From assembly GCA_963778115.1 (NCBI GenBank), contig CAVZSV010000005.1, positions 352,001-416,000 of the forward strand: a DNA stretch of 64,000 nucleotides, in the 5' to 3' direction. Within the stretch, counting starts at the first letter, position 1; the number at the start of each line of letters is the position of its first letter. This stretch comes from an uncultured delta proteobacterium. Its GTDB lineage: Bacteria > Bdellovibrionota > FAC87 > UBA2466. The position numbers were made by a program, and so were the translations under genes. The notes below the pieces were generated by a model, which was given only the letters and a program-made list of their open reading frames with translations, had not been told where the DNA came from and ran no database searches. Shown here piece after piece: positions 59,656 to 64,000 of the stretch.

Positions 59656-60525
59656 CTAGAAAGGGACACTCCAGGTTAGCGAGAAATCAGGAATTCCCGA
59701 AAATTGGGTCACATCACTCGTAATAAGGGCCAGCGGCCCATTTACATTGTATTTATCCAGCCAAAGACGAAGCGGAACCTCTAAACGAAAAATTCCCACT
59801 GGAGTGGTGTAACGGACAAGAGGGCCGAAAGAAAAAAGCATCTGCTCGTAATAACCCGGTAACAAGAGATTTCTATTTCGCGAGTCCCAGGAAAAAGAAC
59901 CGCCCACGGCAAGAGTCGTTTTTCCTCTAAAAAGGTCTCGCATGGTTTCGGTATGTACCAAAAGGACAGTTTCGCCGCCGGTCAATGCGATGAAAAAATC
60001 GGCATGTAATAATAAAGACCAGTGAGAAGTCGTGGTGGCCAAGATGCCAGTATCGAGAGCGATCTTGATAAAGCGCTTAATCGTCGGCATGAACTGGAAA
60101 TACCCCAACGCAAGTCCCCCATAGCGACCGTCGGTGGAGATGAAATGGCGGCTGATATCAGTCCCCAAAGTTTGCTGGGATCCGGCCTGCTGCGATTGGA
60201 CGATGACACCTTGGGAGGTACTCGCTAGAAAGGCCCTTTGACTGGCTTGCAACGAGAATTCGACAGGACCTAGATTGAGTAGCCCGGAAGCCGCGAAGGA
60301 AAAGGAATCAAGATAATTGGCGGCCCCCAATTGAATTTCATGCCGATTGGCTTCGGGGGTTCGGTAATAAGGGGTAGCTAGCTGTTCATAGATCCAAAGG
60401 GTTCGCTCCGCCGTCTGTTCGGCCTTAACGGGTATTGAGGTTAGCAGAAGGGTTGCCCCGATCGCGCGCAGAATCGCCCCTTTGATTCCAGCGCCGCAAC
60501 TTTTCCTGAAGAGTCGACTTAGCAA
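59656..60525 (-). CDS. Putative outer-membrane beta-barrel protein (start uncertain)
   Basis: Signal-like segment ending VKA; amphipathic strands; terminal Phe. Confidence 0.55.
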   Translation of the reverse strand: MLSRLFRKSCGAGIKGAILRAIGATLLLTSIPVKAEQTAERTLWIYEQLATPYYRTPEANRHEIQLGAANYLDSFSFAASGLLNLGPVEFSLQASQRAFLASTSQGVIVQSQQAGSQQTLGTDISRHFISTDGRYGGLALGYFQFMPTIKRFIKIALDTGILATTTSHWSLLLHADFFIALTGGETVLLVHTETMRDLFRGKTTLAVGGSFSWDSRNRNLLLPGYYEQMLFSFGPLVRYTTPVGIFRLEVPLRLWLDKYNVNGPLALITSDVTQFSGIPDFSLTWSVPF

Positions 60526-61399
60526 TCCCTAGCTCCTTGGCCGTACGTTTCCTATTCCCCTCGTACCGATAAAGGCGGTCTAAGATAACCTGCTTTTCGA
60601 TATCAGCCAAAGGCCGTTCCGACAAATCACAAACTTGGCCGCAATAGGCATCCAGCCGCCTTTCCTCGCACAACAGCCTTTCTAGCATCCGCCGGGTCAC
60701 TCTTTTTGCCCCTAAAACACCTGCTCGCGCTAGTAGGTTTCTTAGTTGTCTAACGTTACCTGGCCACGGGAAATTAAGCAGGGCCTCCACGGCCTCTTGT
60801 TCAAAGCTGATTCCCAGTTGATTTAAGAAGCCGCGTGCTATCTTTTCTATATCTTCAGTACGATCTCTCAAAGGGGGGATGGTCAGGGTAAGCACCGAGA
60901 GCCGCTCATAGAGATCGAGCCGAAACCTTCCTTCGCCGATGGCAGTCTTAAGATCGACGTTCGTGGCGGCGAGAATTCGGACGTCGACCGTTTCAAACCG
61001 AGTAGCTCCTACTGCCCTAAGTTCACCCGAGTCCAGCAGCCGAAGGAGTTTCACCTGGAGCCCCAACTCTAAGTCTCCTATCTCGTCGAAAAACATAGTT
61101 CCCCCCGAAGCAGCTCTAAGTAGCCCCTTATGGGCTCGAGTCGCTCCCGAAAAAGCTCCGGACTCGTGGCCAAAGAGTTCGCTTTCAAAGAGGCCTGCGG
61201 GGACGGCTCCACAGTTAATGGGAATGAAGGGTCCTGAAGATCGACTGGATTGGTCGTGAATCCTTCTAGCGATTAGCTCTTTACCCACACCCGTCTCGCC
61301 AAGAATTAAGATAGGCCAAGCGGCTTTGGCGTAGCAGTCGCACCGTTGTAAAAGCCGACCAAAGGGTCCGCCAGGAGTGAAAATCAAGTTGCTCGTCAT
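60425..61399 (-). CDS. Sigma-54 enhancer-binding protein without N-terminal sensor domain
   Basis: GETGVGKE, GAFSGA, FFDEIGD, RFRLDLY and WPGNVRQL motifs; C-terminal Fis-type HTH. Confidence 0.92.
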   Translation of the reverse strand: MTSNLIFTPGGPFGRLLQRCDCYAKAAWPILILGETGVGKELIARRIHDQSSRSSGPFIPINCGAVPAGLFESELFGHESGAFSGATRAHKGLLRAASGGTMFFDEIGDLELGLQVKLLRLLDSGELRAVGATRFETVDVRILAATNVDLKTAIGEGRFRLDLYERLSVLTLTIPPLRDRTEDIEKIARGFLNQLGISFEQEAVEALLNFPWPGNVRQLRNLLARAGVLGAKRVTRRMLERLLCEERRLDAYCGQVCDLSERPLADIEKQVILDRLYRYEGNRKRTAKELGIAKSTLQEKLRRWNQRGDSARDRGNPSANLNTR

Positions 61400-61432
61400 A
61401 CTGCTCCTTCACATTGGGTTTGAAAAAGGCAG

Positions 61433-61447
61433 TGCAAGGACGTGCCA
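61433..61447 (-). promoter_or_regulatory. Sigma-54-like -24/-12 motif, one base short
   Basis: TGGCACGTCCTTGCA about 34 nt upstream of the activator ATG; GG-GC spacing is 9 nt rather than 10. Confidence 0.35.
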
Positions 61448-61621
61448 ACGACTGGCGTGAAAGAGAGCCGGTACTGGTGTCTCTCATGCGAGAAAATAGA
61501 TTCGTGATTAACTATTTTGCTCCAAAATTGGCACGGCTTCATACAAGACGTGGATCGGATAACAAAGGGCAAAGAGCGCTACTATTAGGAAAGGGAGAAA
61601 TTTCGTGGGTTCTGGAAACTA

Positions 61622-61858
61622 TTACGACGCAGCGGCTTCTGAAACCACGGCTACCGGTCGTTTGCTGACCGGCGGCTTCTTCGCAAGTCCACTTCGAAGA
61701 CATCGCGTGCAGACGTAAACGCGTTGGACGATACCACCTAGAAATACCCGAGACTTTTGAAGGTTCGGATAATGGCGCTTCTTGGTCTTAATGTTCGAAT
61801 GGCTGATCCGATTTCCGGTCACCGGTTCTTTTGCACAATAGGCACATCGTCTGGCCAA
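61622..61858 (-). CDS. rpmB: 50S ribosomal protein L28 (zinc-ribbon form)
   Basis: ARRCAYCAK..GNRISHSNIKTK...PNLQ...CTRCLRS; GAGG SD before TTG. Confidence 0.95.
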   Translation of the reverse strand: MARRCAYCAKEPVTGNRISHSNIKTKKRHYPNLQKSRVFLGGIVQRVYVCTRCLRSGLAKKPPVSKRPVAVVSEAAAS

Positions 61859-61951
61859 GGGACACCTCATTCAAAACAGTTAGATACCAGCCCCTTGTCA
61901 TAGTTAAAAAAGGGACTGAATTCAAGGGCTTTGTTGTGATAGCTTACAAAA

Positions 61952-62653
61952 ATGTATCTGCAGCCCCCAAACCCATCCCAGGTCCCGTCCCGCTCTTATG
62001 GCTGGAAATACCGACTACGACGATGGCTAGGGGTATTTATTGTTGTCGCTTTGCTGGTTGTCATCCTGTTGGGAAGCGCCGTTTCCCGATTTGCCAAGAT
62101 TTGTGAGCATTACGCCACCATCGCCGAAGGCTCCCCACCTTTGCCCTCCGACGTAAAGGCCGATGAGGCCATTGTGGTCTTAACGGGAGATCGACACCGC
62201 ATTCCCAAAGCCTTGGACCTCTTAAGGAGTCGCCAAGCCCCGCTCCTTATTATCTCGGGCACCGGCAAAGGAGCGACTCTCACCGATCTCGTGAATCAAC
62301 AAGGAGGAGCGAAAGGGAACATCCATCAGATCTGGACTAGGATAGTGGTGGAATCAAACTCCTCTTCGACCATTGAAAACGCCGTGCAGTCGGGAAAAAT
62401 TTTAAGAGCGAGAGGCATTCACCGGATTATTTTGGTGACCTCCGAATACCATATGGCCCGCGCCTCACAGATCTTTCATCGGGCCCTTCCGGCAATTGAA
62501 ATTATCGAATACCCAGTTGCCTCCGACGTCTCTGAGATCTCTTGGGACCCCTCGGAGAAGACGTTGAGCGGACTTTGGTATTTTGGGGTGGAGTTTTGGA
62601 AGCGGATGATTTACCAGCTTTACTCGTTTAGAAAAGTCTCGCCGGTGTTGTAG
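61952..62653 (+). CDS. YdcF/DUF218 (ElyC/SanA-like) protein
   Basis: AIVVLTG..RI, ISG, STIENA and LVTSEYHMARA motifs. Confidence 0.9.
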   Translation: MYLQPPNPSQVPSRSYGWKYRLRRWLGVFIVVALLVVILLGSAVSRFAKICEHYATIAEGSPPLPSDVKADEAIVVLTGDRHRIPKALDLLRSRQAPLLIISGTGKGATLTDLVNQQGGAKGNIHQIWTRIVVESNSSSTIENAVQSGKILRARGIHRIILVTSEYHMARASQIFHRALPAIEIIEYPVASDVSEISWDPSEKTLSGLWYFGVEFWKRMIYQLYSFRKVSPVL

Positions 62654-62819
62654 AGTGGCGATCTCCTTTCTACGGCGGGGTACTTATGCCCAAGATGGCT
62701 CAGTCGCTTCGCTGCTCGCCATGCCAGACATTTTGTTTGGGCCTTGACTCAGTGTCAGATGACACGGGAGATAAGCCCCTCTACTTTTTATCACTCAACA
62801 ATTTTACGGGGAGCTAAAA

Positions 62820-63290
62820 GTGCGTACCTTCAGCTTATCGATCCTAGCCGCTTTTTTTTCGTTACCACTATTTGCTGCCGCTCCGACGGCCTCGGTTCCG
62901 AACTTAACGGGGACCTGGACGGGGTCGGGAACGGTTGTCGTTGATGGCAACAATGGCGTCTGTGGAACCATCCAATTGGATGTGAATCAAAATTCCGATT
63001 CCATTACCGTTGATAACGCGAAATTTGAGTGTGACCTATTTACCGACGTCACCAATTATAGTCCCTTTGAAATCCAGGGAAACGCCTTATGGTGGGAAGG
63101 AAAAGAGGGGATCATTGGTTCCATCACTGCTCAGACGCTTCAATGGAACGTCTCTGATCTTCCTGAATCTCTTGATTCGTGGGTCTTCGAATTTCAGGCA
63201 GATGGTTCTGCTCGTTTAACTCGGCACTATGTTAATGAGAATTCCGATTGGAAAGATAGTACTTACCAGGCAAGTCTTGGCAGGTACTAG
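62820..63290 (+). CDS. Secreted beta-rich (lipocalin-like) hypothetical protein
   Basis: Signal peptide; NLTGTWTG motif. Confidence 0.65.
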   Translation: MRTFSLSILAAFFSLPLFAAAPTASVPNLTGTWTGSGTVVVDGNNGVCGTIQLDVNQNSDSITVDNAKFECDLFTDVTNYSPFEIQGNALWWEGKEGIIGSITAQTLQWNVSDLPESLDSWVFEFQADGSARLTRHYVNENSDWKDSTYQASLGRY

Positions 63291-63292
63291 AG

Positions 63293-64000
63293 CTAGAAAT
63301 CTACGACGAGCTGTGCGCAACGTCCCGAAGCGCCCTGGCGTTGCAATAGATACTCTCCTAATTTTACAGAGAGACAATCTCGTTCGTGACTATCGGTCGC
63401 AAGCCTTAAAAGGGTTTCAGAAAAATCAGCGGGAGTCGTGACTCGGATAAGCCCTTTGTTATCTCGCCATAGCTCCATGGCTTCTCCGGAATTCTCAATA
63501 TAGGGGCCAGTGAGCATGGGTTTTCCGTAGGCCGCGGGTTCAAGGACGTTGTGAACGCGTCTGTGGAAACTTCCGCCCACGAAGACCAATGTTGCTACTT
63601 GATAAAGTTCGGCTAGCCATCCGACACCGTCGACGACTAAGTGCGAGCTTAAGTCGGGGCTTTTTACCCAATGGCTCCAACGCCTCCCGGGGACAGCATT
63701 TGTCGTAAACCACTTTTGGCATTCCGTTACAAAAGCCTCTTTCGGTTCGTGGGGGGCCAATACGATGCGCCAGCCTTCGTTTAACACTAAGAGCCGGATA
63801 AGACCGTCCGACACTTGCCCAAAATCTTCGGGCCACAGACTTGCTAAGATAATTACCTTCGACGGAAAAAAGCCTTTCCAAGGGGGCGGCTTTTGCATGG
63901 CTTTTCGTTTTAGAACGCGTTCAATTCTAGGATCCCCCGTGACACTTATAGGAACCGTCCTAGGTAACAACGCAGTTAAAAAGTTAGCCGTTTCCTTTTC
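63293..64000 (-). CDS. waaA: 3-deoxy-D-manno-octulosonic acid transferase, C-terminal part (runs off window)
   Basis: GDPR, APHE, GWLAELY, FVGGSF and HNVLEPAAYGKP..TGP motifs. Confidence 0.9.
   Translation of the reverse strand, partial: EKETANFLTALLPRTVPISVTGDPRIERVLKRKAMQKPPPWKGFFPSKVIILASLWPEDFGQVSDGLIRLLVLNEGWRIVLAPHEPKEAFVTECQKWFTTNAVPGRRWSHWVKSPDLSSHLVVDGVGWLAELYQVATLVFVGGSFHRRVHNVLEPAAYGKPMLTGPYIENSGEAMELWRDNKGLIRVTTPADFSETLLRLATDSHERDCLSVKLGEYLLQRQGASGRCAQLVVDF

Noticed and set aside
62690..62730. Small hairpin ATGGC...GCTTCGCT...GCCAT as REP element
   Set aside because: Only one copy seen in the window; insufficient support.

Overview
Gram-negative bacterial chromosome segment (waaA, sigma-54 activator, L28). 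The style of its secreted proteins suggests a Bdellovibrionota/deltaproteobacterium-like organism; this is inference, not a database assignment. Layout: (1) 1-8.1 kb, membrane and secreted proteins. (2) 8.2-19.9 kb, an inositol-lipid cluster: PgpA, IPC-synthase-like PAP2, CDP-alcohol phosphotransferase and MIPS, extended by a class III aminotransferase, a Gfo/Idh/MocA dehydrogenase, an LPG-synthase-type membrane protein, a radical SAM enzyme, a START-like protein and an MMPL transporter. (3) 20-34.6 kb, a run of signal-peptide proteins, several carrying enzyme domains that normally act in cytoplasm (L/F-tRNA-protein transferase, ATP-grasp, PI3/4K-like kinase). (4) 35.4-46.7 kb, a decayed island anchored on tRNA-Met, with a tyrosine-integrase pseudogene, copies of a ~128-bp element that abut truncated genes, and two paralogous modules of a 55-56 aa lipoprotein plus a large NHL-repeat protein. 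(5) An IS1202-type element with a 16-bp target duplication. (6) Housekeeping genes: yebC, GT4 glycosyltransferases, ribD-ribE-ribBA-ribH, rpmB, waaA. All family calls come from motif recognition by eye; no searches were run. Some single-base frameshifts lie in homopolymers and may be assembly errors.
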